Below are positions 14,101-30,667 of a stretch of DNA of 64,000 bases, piece after piece. The stretch comes from Eledone cirrhosa (taxonomy: Eukaryota), in NCBI GenBank assembly GCA_964016885.1, contig OZ024741.1:49042001-49106000 (forward strand), in the 5' to 3' direction. Every line of letters starts with the position of its first letter. Within the stretch, counting starts at the first letter, position 1. The notes below the pieces were generated by a model. That model did not search any database. It was not told where the DNA came from and saw nothing but the letters and a program-made list of their open reading frames with translations. Made by a program: the position numbers and the translations under genes.

Positions 14101-17100
14101 TACTAGATCTATTTCTGTGATAATGAGGAGTTACTATACCAGTAGTAACTAGTCTATACTAGATCTATTACTGTGAGAATGTGGAGTTACTATACCAGTA
14201 GTAACTAGTCTATACTAGATCTATTACTGTGATAATGAAAAGTAACTATACCAGTAGTAACTAGTCTATACTAGATCTATTACTGTGATAATGTGGAGTT
14301 ACTATACCAGTAGTAACTAGTCTATACTAGATCTACTTCTGTGCTAATGTGGAGTTACTATACCAGTAGAAACTAGTCTATACTAGATCTATTACTGTGA
14401 TAATGTGGAGTTACTATACCAGTAGAAACTAGTTTATACTAGATCTATTACTGTGATAATGTGGAGTTACACTACCAGTAGTAACTAGTCTATACTAGAT
14501 CTATTACTGTGATAATGTGGAGTTACTATACAAGTAGTAACTAGTCTATACTAGATCTATTACTGTGATAATGTGGAGTTACTATACCAGTAGTAACTAG
14601 TCTATACTAGATCTATTACTGTGATAATGGGGTGTTACTATACCAGTAGTAACTTGTCTATACTAGGTCTATTTCTGTGATAATGAAGAGTTACTATACC
14701 AGTAGTAACTAGTCTAAACTAGATCTATTACTGTGACAATGTGGAGTTACTATACCAGTAGTAACTAGTCTATACTAGATCTATTACTGTGTTAATATTG
14801 AGTTACACTACCAGTAGTAACTAGTCTATACTAGATCTATTACTGTGATAATGTGGAGTTACTATACCAGTAGTAACTAGTCTATACTAGATCTATTACT
14901 GTGATAATGAGGAGTAACTATACCAGTAGTAACTAGTCTATACTAGATCTATTACTGTGTAATGTGGAGTTACTGTACCAGTAGTAACTAGTCTATATTA
15001 GATCTACGACTGTGATAATGAGGAGTTACTATACCAGTAGTAACTAGTCTATACTAGATCTATTACTGTGATAATGAAGAGTTACTATACCAGTAGTAAC
15101 TAGTCTATACTAGATCTATTACTGTGATAATGTGGAGTTACTATACCAGTAGTAACTAGTCTATACTAGATCTATTACTGTGATAATGAAGAGTTACTAT
15201 ACCAGTAGTAACTAGTCTATACTAGATCTATTACTGTGATAATGTGGAATTACTGAACCAATAGTAACTAGTCTATACTAGATCTATTACTGTGATAATG
15301 TGGAGTTACTATACCAGTAGTAACTAGTCTATTCTAGATCTATTACTGTGATAATGGGGTGTTACTATACCAGTAGTAACTAGTCTATACTGGATCTATT
15401 ACTGTGATAATGGGGAGTTACTATACCAGTAGTAACTAGTCTATACTAGATCTATTACTGTGATAATGTGGAGTTACTATACCAGTAGTAACTAGTCTAT
15501 ACTAGATCTATTACTTTGATAATGGGGAGTTACTATACCAGTAGTAACTAGTCTATACTAGATCTATTACTGTGAGAATGGGGTGTTACTATACCAGTAG
15601 TAACTAGTCTATACTAGATCTATTACTGTGATAATGGGGAGTTACTATACCAGTAGAAACTAGTCTATAATAGATCTATCACTGTGATAATGGGGAGTTA
15701 TTATACCAGTAGTAACTAGTCTATACTAGACCTATTACTGTGATAATATGGAGTTAGACTACCATTAGTAACTAGTCTATACTAGATCTATTACTGTGAT
15801 AACGTGGAGTTACTATACCAGTAGAAACTAGTCTATACTAGATCTATTACTGTGATAATGTGGAGTTACTATACCAGTAGAAACTAGTTTATACTAGATC
15901 TATTACTGTGATAATGTGGAGTTACTATACCAGTAGAAACTAGTCTATACTAGATCTATTACTGTGATAATGTGGAGTTACTATACCAGTAGAAACTAGT
16001 TTACACTAGATCTATTACTGTGATAATGTGGAGTTACTATACCAGTAGTAACTAGTCTAAACTAGATCTGTTACTGTGATAATGTCGAGTTACTGTACCA
16101 GTAGAAACTAGTCTATACTGGATCTATTACTGTGTTAATGTGGCGTTACTATACTAGTAGTAACTAGTCTATACTAGATCTACTACTGTGGTAATGTGGA
16201 GTTACTGTACCAGTAGTAACTAGTCTATACTAGATCTATTACTGTGATAATGTGGATTTACTATACCAGTAGTAACTAGTCTATAGTAGATCTATTACTG
16301 TGATAATGAAGAGTTACACTACCATTAGTTACTAGTCTATACTAGATCTATTATTGTGATAATTTGGAGTTACTATACCAGTAGAAACTAGTCTATACTA
16401 GATCTATTACTGTGATATTGGGGAGTTGCTATACCAGTAGTAACTAGGCTATACTAGATCTATTACTGTGATAATGTGGAGTTACTATACCAGTAGTAAC
16501 TAGTCTATACTAGATCTATTACTGTGATAATGTGGAGTTACTGTACCAGTAGTAACTAGTCTATACTAGATCTACAACTGGGATAATGTGGAGTTACTAT
16601 ACCAGTAGTAACTAGTCTATACTAGATCTATTACTGTGATAATGGGGTGTTACTATACCAGTAGTAACTAGTCTATACTAGGTCTATTTCTGTGATAATG
16701 AAGAGTTACTATACCAGTAGTAACTAGTTTATACTAGATCTATTACTGTGATAATGTGGAGTTACTATACCCGTAGTAACTAGTCTATACTAGATCTATT
16801 ACTGTGATAATGAAGAGTTACTATACCCGTAGTAACTAGTCTATACTAGATCTATTACTGTGATAATGTGGAGTTACTATACCAGTAGAAACTAGTCTAT
16901 ACTAGATCTACTTCTGTGATACTATGGAGTTACTGTACCAGTAGTAACTAGTCTATACTAGATCTACAACTGGGATAATGTGGAGTTACTATACCAGTAG
17001 TAACTAGTCTATATTAGATCTATTACTGTGATAATGGGGTGTTATTATACCAGTAGTAACTAGTCTATACTAGATCTATTTCTGTGATAATGAAGAGTTA

Positions 17101-17947
17101 CTATACCAGTAGTAACTAGTCTATACTAGATCTATTACTGTGATAATGTGGAGTTACTATACCAGTAGAAACTAGTCTATACTACATCTACTTCTGTGAT
17201 ACTGTGGAGTTACTGTACCAGTAGTAACTAGACTATACTAGATCTACAACTGGGATAATGTGGAGCTACTATACCAGTAGTAACTAGTCTATTCTAGATC
17301 TATTACTGTGATAATGGGGAGTTACTATACCAGTAGAAACTAGTCTATAATAGATCTATTACTGTGATAATGTGGAGTTACACTACCAGTAGTAACTAGT
17401 CTAAACTAGATCTATTACTGTGATAATGTGGAGTTACTATACCAGTAGTAACTAGTCTATACTAGATCTATTACTGTGATAATATGGAGTTACACTACCA
17501 GTAGTAACTAGTCTATACTAGATCTATTTCTGTGATAATGAGGAGTTACTATACCAGTAGTAACTAGTCTATACTAGATCTATTACTGTGAGAATGTGGA
17601 GTTACTATACCAGTAGTAACTAGTCTATACTAGATCTATTACTGTGATAATGAAAAGTAACTATACCAGTAGTAACTAGTCTATACTAGATCTATTACTG
17701 TGATAATGTGGAGTTACTATACCAGTAGTAACTAGTCTATACTAGATCTACTTCTGTGCTAATGTGGAGTTACTATACCAGTAGAAACTAGTCTATACTA
17801 GATCTATTACTGTGATAATGTGGAGTTACTATACCAGTAGAAACTAGTTTATACTAGATCTATTACTGTGATAATGTGGAGTTACACTACCAGTAGTAAC
17901 TAGTCTATACTAGATCTATTACTGTGATAATGTGGAGTTACTATACC
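11102..17947. repeat. Near-identical tandem duplication, period 3,415 bp (61 monomers)
   Basis: Markers recur at offset 3415: 55-bp monomers 11535/14950, landmark monomers 12878/16293, and the GAGCTACTATAC variant 13851/17266. Boundaries are approximate. Confidence 0.88.
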
Positions 17948-20403
17948 AGTAGTAACTAGTCTATACTAGATCTATTACTGTGATAATGGGGAGTTACTAT
18001 ACCAGTAGTAACTAGTCTATAATAGATCTATTACTGTGATAATGGAGTGTTACTATACCAGTAGTAACTAGTCTATACTAGATCTATTACTGTGATAATG
18101 GGGAGTTACTCTACCAGTAGAAACTAGTCTATACTAGATCTATTACTGTGATAATGTGGAGTTACTATACCAGTAGAAACTAGTTTATACTAGATCTATT
18201 ACTGTGATAATGTGGAGTTACTATACCAGTAGAAACTAGTCTATACTAGATCTATTACTGTGATAATGTGGATTTACTATACCAGTAGAAACTAGTTTAT
18301 ACTAGATCTATTACTGTGATAATGTGGAGTTACTATACCAGTAGAAACTAGTCTATACTAGATCTATTACTGTGATAATGTGGAGTTACTATACCAGTAG
18401 AAACTAGTTTATACTAGATCTATTACTGTGATAACGTGGAGTTACTATACCAGTAGTAACTAGTCTAAACTAGATCTATTACTGTGATAATGTTGAGTTA
18501 CTATACCAGTAGAAACTAGTCTATACTGGATCTATTACTGTGTTAATGTGGCGTTACTATACTAGTAGTAACAAGTCTATACTAGATCTACTACTGTGAT
18601 AATGTGGAGTTACTGTACCAGTAGTAACTAGTCTATACTAGATCTATTACTGTGATAATGTGGAATTACTATACCAGTAGTAACTAGTCTATAGTAGATC
18701 TATTACTGTGATAATGAAGAGTTACACTACCATTAGTTACTAGTCTATACTAGATCTATTACTGTGATAATTTGGAGTTACTATACCAGTAGAAACTAGT
18801 CTATACTAGATCTATTACTGTGATAATGGGGAGTTACTATACCAGTAGTAACTAGGCTATACTAGATCTATTACTGTGATAATGAGGAGTTACACTACCA
18901 GTAGTAACTAGTCTATACTAGATCTATTACTGTGATAATGTGGAGTTACTATACAAGTAGTAACTAGTCTATACTAGATCTATTACTGTGATAATGTGGA
19001 GTTACTATACCAGTAGTAACTAGTCTATACTAGATCTATTACTGTGATAATGGGGTGTTACTATACCAGTAGTAACTTGTCTATACTAGGTCTATTTCTG
19101 TGATAATGAAGAGTTACTATACCAGTAGTAACTAGTCTAAACTAGATCTATTACTGTGACAATGTGGAGTTACTATACAAGTAGTAACTAGTCTATACTA
19201 GATCTATTACTGTGTTAATATTGAGTTACACTACCAGTAGTAACTAGTCTATACTAGATCTATTTCTGTGATAATGAGGAGTTACTATACCAGTAGTAAC
19301 TAGTCTATACTAGATCTATTACTGTGATAATGTGGAGTTACTATACACGTAGTAACTAGTCTATACTAGATCTATTACTGTGATAATGAGGAGTAACTAT
19401 ACCAGTAGTAACTAGTCTATACTAGATCTATTACTGTGTAATGTGGAGTTACTGTACCAGTAGTAACTAGTCTATATTAGATCTACGACTGTGATAATGA
19501 GGAGTTACTATACCAGTAGTAACTAGTCTATACTAGATCTATTACTGTGATAATGAAGAGTTACTATACCAGTAGTAACTAGTCTATACTAGATCTATTA
19601 CTGTGATAATGTGGTGTTACTATACCAGTAGTAACTAGTCTATACTAGATCTATTACTGTGATAATGAAGAGTTACTATACCAGTAGTAACTAGTCTATA
19701 CTAGATCTATTACTGTGATAATGTGGAGTTACTATACCAGTAGTAACTAGTCTATACTAGATCTATTACTGTGATAATGTGGAGTTACTGAACCAATAGT
19801 AACTAGTCTATACTAGATCTATTACTGTGATAATGGGGAGTTACTATACCAGTAGTAACTAGTCTATACTAGATCTATTACTGTGATAATGTGGAGTTAC
19901 TATACCAGTAGTAACTAGTCTATACTAGATCTATTACTTTGATAATGGGGAGTTACTATACTAGTGGTAACTAGTCTATACTAGATCTATTACTGTGAGA
20001 ATGGGGTGTTACTATACCAGTAGTAACTAGTCTATACTAGATCTATTACTGTGATAATGGGGAGTTACTATACCAGTAGAAACTAGTCTATAATAGATCT
20101 ATTACTGTGATAATGGGGAGTTATTATACCAGTAGTAACTAGTCTATACTAGACCTATTACTGTGATAATATGGAGTTAGACTACCATTAGTAACTAGTC
20201 TATACTAGATCTATTACTGTGATAACGTGGAGTTACTATACCAGTAGAAACTAGTCTATACTAGATCTATTACTGTGATAATGTGGAGTTACTATACCAG
20301 TAGTAACTAGTCTATTCTAGATCTATTACTGTGATAATGGGGTGTTACTATACCAGTAGTAACTAGTCTATACTGGATCTATTACTGTGATAATGGGGAG
20401 TTA

Positions 20404-23400
20404 CTATACCAGTAGTAACTAGTCTATACTAGATCTATTACTGTGATAATGGGGAGTTACTCTACCAGTAGAAACTAGTCTATACTAGATCTATTACTGT
20501 GATAATGTGGAGTTACTATACCAGTAGAAACTAGTTTATACTAGATCTATTACTGTGATAATGTGGAGTTACTATACCAGTAGAAACTAGTCTATACTAG
20601 ATCTATTACTGTGATAATGTGGATTTACTATACCAGTAGAAACTAGTTTATACTAGATCTATTACTGTGATAATGTGGAGTTACTATACCAGTAGAAACT
20701 AGTCTATACTAGATCTATTACTGTGATAATGTGGAGTTACTATACCAGTAGAAACTAGTTTATACTAGATCTATTACTGTGATAACGTGGAGTTACTATA
20801 CCAGTAGTAACTAGTCTAAACTAGATCTATTACTGTGATAATGTTGAGTTACTATACCAGTAGAAACTAGTCTATACTGGATCTATTACTGTGTTAATGT
20901 GGCGTTACTATACTAGTAGTAACAAGTCTATACTAGATCTACTACTGTGATAATGTGGAGTTACTGTACCAGTAGTAACTAGTCTATACTAGATCTATTA
21001 CTGTGATAATGTGGAATTACTATACCAGTAGTAACTAGTCTATAGTAGATCTATTACTGTGATAATGAAGAGTTACACTACCATTAGTTACTAGTCTATA
21101 CTAGATCTATTACTGTGATAATTTGGAGTTACTATACCAGTAGAAACTAGTCTATACTAGATCTATTACTGTGATAATGGGGAGTTACTATACCAGTAGT
21201 AACTAGGCTATACTAGATCTATTACTGTGATAATGAGGAGTTACACTACCAGTAGTAACTAGTCTATACTAGATCTATTACTGTGATAATGTGGAGTTAC
21301 TATACAAGTAGTAACTAGTCTATACTAGATCTATTACTGTGATAATGTGGAGTTACTATACCAGTAGTAACTAGTCTATACTAGATCTATTACTGTGATA
21401 ATGGGGTGTTACTATACCAGTAGTAACTTGTCTATACTAGGTCTATTTCTGTGATAATGAAGAGTTACTATACCAGTAGTAACTAGTCTAAACTAGATCT
21501 ATTACTGTGACAATGTGGAGTTACTATACCAGTAGTAACTAGTCTATACTAGATCTATTACTGTGTTAATATTGAGTTACACTACCAGTAGTAACTAGTC
21601 TATACTAGATCTATTTCTGTGATAATGAGGAGTTACTATACCAGTAGTAACTAGTCTATACTAGATCTATTACTGTGATAATGTGGAGTTACTGTACCAG
21701 TAGTAACTAGTCTATATTAGATCTACGACTGTGATAATGAGGAGTTACTATACCAGTAGTAACTAGTCTATACTAGATCTATTACTGTGATAATGAAGAG
21801 TTACTATACCAGTAGTAACTAGTCTATACTAGATCTATTACTGTGATAATGTGGTGTTACTATACCAGTAGTAACTAGTCTATACTAGATCTATTACTGT
21901 GATAATGAAGAGTTACTATACCAGTAGTAACTAGTCTATACTAGATCTATTACTGTGATAATGTGGAGTTACTATACCAGTAGTAACTAGTCTATACTAG
22001 ATCTATTACTGTGATAATGTGGAGTTACTGAACCAATAGTAACTAGTCTATACTAGATCTATTACTGTGATAATGGGGAGTTACTATACCAGTAGTAACT
22101 AGTCTATACTAGATCTATTACTGTGATAATGTGGAGTTACTATACCAGTAGTAACTAGTCTATACTAGATCTATTACTTTGATAATGGGGAGTTACTATA
22201 CCAGTAGTAACTAGTCTATACTAGATCTATTACTGTGAGAATGGGGTGTTACTATACCAGTAGTAACTAGTCTATACTAGATCTATTACTGTGATAATGT
22301 GGAGTTACTATACCAGTAGAAACTAGTTTATACTACATCTATTACTGTGATAATGTGGAGTTACACTACCAGTAATAACAAGTCTATACTAGATCTATTA
22401 CTGTGATAATGTTGAGTTACTATACCAGTAGAAACTAGTCTATACTGGATCTATTACTGTGTTAATGTGGCGTTACTATACTAGTAGTAACAAGTCTATA
22501 CTAGATCTACTACTGTGATAATGTGGAGTTACTGTACCAGTAGTAACTAGTCTATACTAGATCTATTACTGTGATAATGTGGAATTACTATACCAGTAGT
22601 AACTAGTCTATAGTAGATCTATTACTGTGATAATGAAGAGTTACACTACCATTAGTTACTAGTCTATACTAGATCTATTACTGTGATAATTTGGAGTTAC
22701 TATACCAGTAGAAACTAGTCTATACTAGATCTATTACTGTGATAATGGGGAGTTACTATACCAGTAGTAACTAGGCTATACTAGATCTATTACTGTGATA
22801 ATGAGGAGTTACACTACCAGTAGTAACTAGTCTATACTAGATCTATTACTGTGATAATGTGGAGTTACTATACAAGTAGTAACTAGTCTATACTAGATCT
22901 ATTACTGTGATAATGTGGAGTTACTATACCAGTAGTAACTAGTCTATACTAGATCTATTACTGTGATAATGGGGTGTTACTATACCAGTAGTAACTTGTC
23001 TATACTAGGTCTATTTCTGTGATAATGAAGAGTTACTATACCAGTAGTAACTAGTCTAAACTAGATCTATTACTGTGACAATGTGGAGTTACTATACCAG
23101 TAGTAACTAGTCTATACTAGATCTATTACTGTGTTAATATTGAGTTACACTACCAGTAGTAACTAGTCTATACTAGATCTATTTCTGTGATAATGAGGAG
23201 TTACTATACCAGTAGTAACTAGTCTATACTAGATCTATTACTGTGATAATGTGGAGTTACTATACCAGTAGTAACTAGTCTATACTAGATCTATTACTGT
23301 GATAATGAGGAGTAACTATACCAGTAGTAACTAGTCTATACTAGATCTATTACTGTGTAATGTGGAGTTACTGTACCAGTAGTAACTAGTCTATATTAGA

Positions 23401-25934
23401 TCTACGACTGTGATAATGAGGAGTTACTATACCAGTAGTAACTAGTCTATACTAGATCTATTACTGTGATAATGAAGAGTTACTATACCAGTAGTAACTA
23501 GTCTATACTAGATCTATTACTGTGATAATGTGGTGTTACTATACCAGTAGTAACTAGTCTATACTAGATCTATTACTGTGATAATGAAGAGTTACTATAC
23601 CAGTAGTAACTAGTCTATACTAGATCTATTACTGTGATAATGTGGAGTTACTATACCAGTAGTAACTAGTCTATACTAGATCTATTACTGTGATAATGTG
23701 GAGTTACTGAACCAATAGTAACTAGTCTATACTAGATCTATTACTGTGATAATGGGGAGTTACTATACCAGTAGTAACTAGTCTATACTAGATCTATTAC
23801 TGTGATAATGTGGAGTTACTATACCAGTAGTAACTAGTCTATACTAGATCTATTACTTTGATAATGGGGAGTTACTATACCAGTAGTAACTAGTCTATAC
23901 TAGATCTATTACTGTGAGAATGGGGTGTTACTATACCAGTAGTAACTAGTCTATACTAGATCTATTACTGTGATAATGTGGAGTTACTATACCAGTAGAA
24001 ACTAGTTTATACTACATCTATTACTGTGATAATGTGGAGTTACACTACCAGTAATAACAAGTCTATACTAGATCTATTACTGTGATAATGGGGAGTTACT
24101 ATACCAGTAGTAACTAGTCTATAATAGATCTATTACTGTGATAATGGGGTGTTACTATACCAGTAGTAACTAGTCTATACTAGATCTATTACTGTGATAA
24201 TGTGGAGTTACTATACCAGTAGTAACTAGTTTATACTAGATCTATTACTGTGATAATGTGGAGTTACTATACCAGTAGAAACTAGTCTATACTAGATCTA
24301 TTACTGTGATAATGGGGAGTTACTATACCAGTAGTAACTAGTCTAAACTAGATCTATTACTGTGATAATGTCGAGTTACTGTACCAGTAGTAACTAGTCT
24401 ATACTAGATCTATTACTGTGATAATGTGGAGTTACTATACCAGTAGAAACTAGTCTATACTAGATCTATTACTGTGATAATGGGGAGTTACTATACCAGT
24501 AGAAACTAGTCTATACTAGATCTATTGCTGTGATAATGTGGAGTTACTATACCAGTAGAAACTAGTTTATACTAGATCTATTACTGTGATAATGTGGAGT
24601 TACTATACCAGTAGAAACTAGTCTATACTAGATCTATTACTGTGATAATGAAGAGTTACTATACCAGTAGTAACTAGTCTATACTAGATCTATTACTGTG
24701 ATAATGTGGAGCTACTGTACCAGTAGTAACTAGTCTATAATAGATCTATTACTGTGATAATGTGGATTTACTATACCAGTAGTAACTAGTCTAAACTAGA
24801 TCTATTACTGTGATAATGTCGAGTTACTATACCAGTAGAAACTAGTCTATACTGGATCTATTACTGTGTTAATGTGGCGTTACTATACTAGTAGTAACTA
24901 GTCTATACTAGATCTACTACAGTGATAATATGGAGTTACTGTACCAGTAGTAACTAGTCTATACTAGATCTATTACTGTGATAATGTGGAATTACTATAC
25001 CAGTAGTAACTAGACTATAGTAGATCTATTACTGTGATAATGAAGAGTTACACTACCATTAGTTACTAGTCTATACTAGATCTATTACTGTGATAATTTG
25101 GAGTTACTATACCAGTAGAAACTAGTCTATACTAGATCTATTACTGTGATAATGGGGAGTTACTGTACCAGTAGTAACTAGGCTATACTAGATCTATTAC
25201 TGTGATAATGAGGAGTTACACTACCAGTAGTAACTAGTCTATACTAGATCTATTACTGTGATAACGTGGAGTTACTATACAAGTAGTAACTAGTCTATAC
25301 TAGATCTATTACTGTGATAATGTGGAGTTACTATACCAGTAGTAACTAGTCTATACTAGATCTATTACTGTGATAATGGGGTGTTACTATACCAGTAGTA
25401 ACTTGTCTATACTAGGTCTATTTCTGTGATAATGAAGAGTTACTATACCAGTAGTAACTAGTCTAAACTAGATCTATTACTGTGACAATGTGGAGTTACT
25501 ATACCAGTAGTAACTAGTCTATACTAGATCTATTACTGTGTTAATATTGAGTTACACTACCAGTAGTAACTAGTCTATACTAGATCTATTACTGTGATAA
25601 TGTGGAGTTACTATACCAGTAGTAACTAGTCTATACTAGATCTATTACTGTGATAATGAGGAGTAACTATACCAGTAGTAACTAGTCTATACTAGATCTA
25701 TTACTGTGTAATGTGGAGTTACTGTACCAGTAGTAACTAGTCTATATTAGATCTACGACTGTGATAATGAGGAGTTACTATACCAGTAGTAACTAGTCTA
25801 TACTAGATCTATTACTGTGATAATGAAGAGTTACTATACCAGTAGTAACTAGTCTATACTAGATCTATTACTGTGATAATGTGGAGTTACTATACCAGTA
25901 GTAACTAGTCTATACTAGATCTATTACTGTGATA
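20404..25934. repeat. Dispersed copy of about 5.5 kb matching about 6240-11770 (offset 14,164)
   Basis: Markers at offset 14164: AGTTACTCTA 6291/20455, 55-mers 9184/23348 and 11535/25699, landmark monomers 6888/21052, 8456/22620 and 10863/25027. Isolated differences exist, for example G8154 versus A22318. Confidence 0.85.
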
Positions 25935-28900
25935 ATGTGGAGTTACTGAACCAATAGTAACTAGTCTATACTAGATCTATTACTGTGATAATGGGGAGTT
26001 ACTATACCAGTAGTAACTAGTCTATACTAGATCTATTACTGTGATAATGTGGAGTTACTATACCAGTAGTAACTAGTCTATACTAGATCTATTACTTTGA
26101 TAATGGGGAGTTACTATACCAGTAGTAACTAGTCTATACTAGATCTATTACTGTGAGAATGGGGTGTTACTATACCAGTAGTAACTAGTCTATACTAGAT
26201 CTATTACTGTGATAATGTGGAGTTACTATACCAGTAGAAACTAGTTTATACTACATCTATTACTGTGATAATGTGGAGTTACACTACCAGTAATAACAAG
26301 TCTATACTAGATCTATTACTGTGATAATGGGGAGTTACTATACCAGTAGTAACTAGTCTATAATAGATCTATTACTGTGATAATGGGGTGTTACTATACC
26401 AGTAGTAACTAGTCTATACTAGATCTATTACTGTGATAATGTGGAGTTACTATACCAGTAGTAACTAGTTTATACTAGATCTATTACTGTGATAATGTGG
26501 AGTTACTATACCAGTAGAAACTAGTCTATACTAGATCTATTACTGTGATAATGGGGAGTTACTATACCAGTAGTAACTAGTCTAAACTAGATCTATTACT
26601 GTGATAATGTCGAGTTACTGTACCAGTAGTAACTAGTCTATACTAGATCTATTACTGTGATAATGTGGAGTTACTATACCAGTAGAAACTAGTCTATACT
26701 AGATCTATTACTGTGATAATGGGGAGTTACTATACCAGTAGAAACTAGTCTATACTAGATCTATTGCTGTGATAATGTGGAGTTACTATACCAGTAGAAA
26801 CTAGTTTATACTAGATCTATTACTGTGATAATGTGGAGTTACTATACCAGTAGAAACTAGTCTATACTAGATCTATTACTGTGATAATGAAGAGTTACTA
26901 TACCAGTAGTAACTAGTCTATACTAGATCTATTACTGTGATAATGTGGAGCTACTGTACCAGTAGTAACTAGTCTATAATAGATCTATTACTGTGATAAT
27001 GTGGATTTACTATACCAGTAGTAACTAGTCTAAACTAGATCTATTACTGTGATAATGTCGAGTTACTATACCAGTAGAAACTAGTCTATACTGGATCTAT
27101 TACTGTGTTAATGTGGCGTTACTATACTAGTAGTAACTAGTCTATACTAGATCTACTACAGTGATAATATGGAGTTACTGTACCAGTAGTAACTAGTCTA
27201 TACTAGATCTATTACTGTGATAATGTGGAATTACTATACCAGTAGTAACTAGTCTATACTAGATCTATTACTTTGATAATGGGGAGTTACTATACCAGTA
27301 GTAACTAGTCTATACTAGATCTATTACTGTGAGAATGGGGTGTTACTATACCAGTAGTAACTAGTCTATACTAGATCTATTACTGTGATAATGTGGAGTT
27401 ACTATACCAGTAGAAACTAGTTTATACTACATCTATTACTGTGATAATGTGGAGTTACACTACCAGTAATAACAAGTCTATACTAGATCTATTACTGTGA
27501 TAATGGGGAGTTACTATACCAGTAGTAACTAGTCTATAATAGATCTATTACTGTGATAATGGGGTGTTACTATACCAGTAGTAACTAGTCTATACTAGAT
27601 CTATTACTGTGATAATGTGGAGTTACTATACCAGTAGTAACTAGTTTATACTAGATCTATTACTGTGATAATGTGGAGTTACTATACCAGTAGAAACTAG
27701 TCTATACTAGATCTATTACTGTGATAATGGGGAGTTACTATACCAGTAGTAACTAGTCTAAACTAGATCTATTACTGTGATAATGTCGAGTTACTGTACC
27801 AGTAGTAACTAGTCTATACTAGATCTATTACTGTGATAATGTGGAGTTACTATACCAGTAGAAACTAGTCTATACTAGATCTATTACTGTGATAATGGGG
27901 AGTTACTATACCAGTAGAAACTAGTCTATACTAGATCTATTGCTGTGATAATGTGGAGTTACTATACCAGTAGAAACTAGTTTATACTAGATCTATTACT
28001 GTGATAATGTGGAGTTACTATACCAGTAGAAACTAGTCTATACTAGATCTATTACTGTGATAATGAAGAGTTACTATACCAGTAGTAACTAGTCTATACT
28101 AGATCTATTACTGTGATAATGTGGAGCTACTGTACCAGTAGTAACTAGTCTATAATAGATCTATTACTGTGATAATGTGGATTTACTATACCAGTAGTAA
28201 CTAGTCTAAACTAGATCTATTACTGTGATAATGTCGAGTTACTATACCAGTAGAAACTAGTCTATACTGGATCTATTACTGTGTTAATGTGGCGTTACTA
28301 TACTAGTAGTAACTAGTCTATACTAGATCTACTACAGTGATAATATGGAGTTACTGTACCAGTAGTAACTAGTCTATACTAGATCTATTACTGTGATAAT
28401 GTGGAATTACTATACCAGTAGTAACTAGACTATAGTAGATCTATTACTGTGATAATGAAGAGTTACACTACCATTAGTTACTAGTCTATACTAGATCTAT
28501 TACTGTGATAATTTGGAGTTACTATACCAGTAGAAACTAGTCTATACTAGATCTATTACTGTGATAATGGGGAGTTACTGTACCAGTAGTAACTAGGCTA
28601 TACTAGATCTATTACTGTGATAATGAGGAGTTACACTACCAGTAGTAACTAGTCTATACTAGATCTATTACTGTGATAACGTGGAGTTACTATACAAGTA
28701 GTAACTAGTCTATACTAGATCTATTACTGTGATAATGTGGAGTTACTATACCAGTAGTAACTAGTCTATACTAGATCTATTACTGTGATAATGGGGTGTT
28801 ACTATACCAGTAGTAACTTGTCTATACTAGGTCTATTTCTGTGATAATGAAGAGTTACTATACCAGTAGTAACTAGTCTAAACTAGATCTATTACTGTGA

Positions 28901-30667
28901 CAATGTGGAGTTACTATACCAGTAGTAACTAGTCTATACTAGATCTATTACTGTGTTAATATTGAGTTACACTACCAGTAGTAACTAGTCTATACTAGAT
29001 CTATTACTGTGATAATGTGGAGTTACTATACCAGTAGTAACTAGTCTATACTAGATCTATTACTGTGATAATGAGGAGTAACTATACCAGTAGTAACTAG
29101 TCTATACTAGATCTATTACTGTGTAATGTGGAGTTACTGTACCAGTAGTAACTAGTCTATATTAGATCTACGACTGTGATAATGAGGAGTTACTATACCA
29201 GTAGTAACTAGTCTATACTAGATCTATTACTGTGATAATGAAGAGTTACTATACCAGTAGTAACTAGTCTATACTAGATCTATTACTGTGATAATGTGGA
29301 GTTACTATACCAGTAGTAACTAGTCTATACTAGATCTATTACTGTGATAATGTGGAGTTACTGAACCAATAGTAACTAGTCTATACTAGATCTATTACTG
29401 TGATAATGGGGAGTTACTATACCAGTAGTAACTAGTCTATACTAGATCTATTACTGTGATAATGTGGAGTTACTATACCAGTAGTAACTAGTCTATACTA
29501 GATCTATTACTTTGATAATGGGGAGTTACTATACCAGTAGTAACTAGTCTATACTAGATCTATTACTGTGAGAATGGGGTGTTACTATACCAGTAGTAAC
29601 TAGTCTATACTAGATCTATTACTGTGATAATGTGGAGTTACTATACCAGTAGAAACTAGTTTATACTACATCTATTACTGTGATAATGTGGAGTTACACT
29701 ACCAGTAATAACAAGTCTATACTAGATCTATTACTGTGATAATGGGGAGTTACTATACCAGTAGTAACTAGTCTATAATAGATCTATTACTGTGATAATG
29801 GGGTGTTACTATACCAGTAGTAACTAGTCTATACTAGATCTATTACTGTGATAATGTGGAGTTACTATACCAGTAGTAACTAGTTTATACTAGATCTATT
29901 ACTGTGATAATGTGGAGTTACTATACCAGTAGAAACTAGTCTATACTAGATCTATTACTGTGATAATGGGGAGTTACTATACCAGTAGTAACTAGTCTAA
30001 ACTAGATCTATTACTGTGATAATGTCGAGTTACTGTACCAGTAGTAACTAGTCTATACTAGATCTATTACTGTGATAATGTGGAGTTACTATACCAGTAG
30101 AAACTAGTCTATACTAGATCTATTACTGTGATAATGGGGAGTTACTATACCAGTAGAAACTAGTCTATACTAGATCTATTGCTGTGATAATGTGGAGTTA
30201 CTATACCAGTAGAAACTAGTTTATACTAGATCTATTACTGTGATAATGTGGAGTTACTATACCAGTAGAAACTAGTCTATACTAGATCTATTACTGTGAT
30301 AATGAAGAGTTACTATACCAGTAGTAACTAGTCTATACTAGATCTATTACTGTGATAATGTGGAGCTACTGTACCAGTAGTAACTAGTCTATAATAGATC
30401 TATTACTGTGATAATGTGGATTTACTATACCAGTAGTAACTAGTCTAAACTAGATCTATTACTGTGATAATGTCGAGTTACTATACCAGTAGAAACTAGT
30501 CTATACTGGATCTATTACTGTGTTAATGTGGCGTTACTATACTAGTAGTAACTAGTCTATACTAGATCTACTACAGTGATAATATGGAGTTACTGTACCA
30601 GTAGTAACTAGTCTATACTAGATCTATTACTGTGATAATGTGGAATTACTATACCAGTAGTAACTAG
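23838..30667. repeat. Second near-identical tandem duplication, period 3,415 bp (61 monomers), with monomer content different from the one at 11-18 kb
   Basis: Markers at offset 3415: 55-mers 25699/29114, landmarks 25027/28442, the shared A27G in the TAGGCT monomer 25165/28580, and ACTTTG monomers near 23852/27267 and 26091/29506. Confidence 0.85.
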
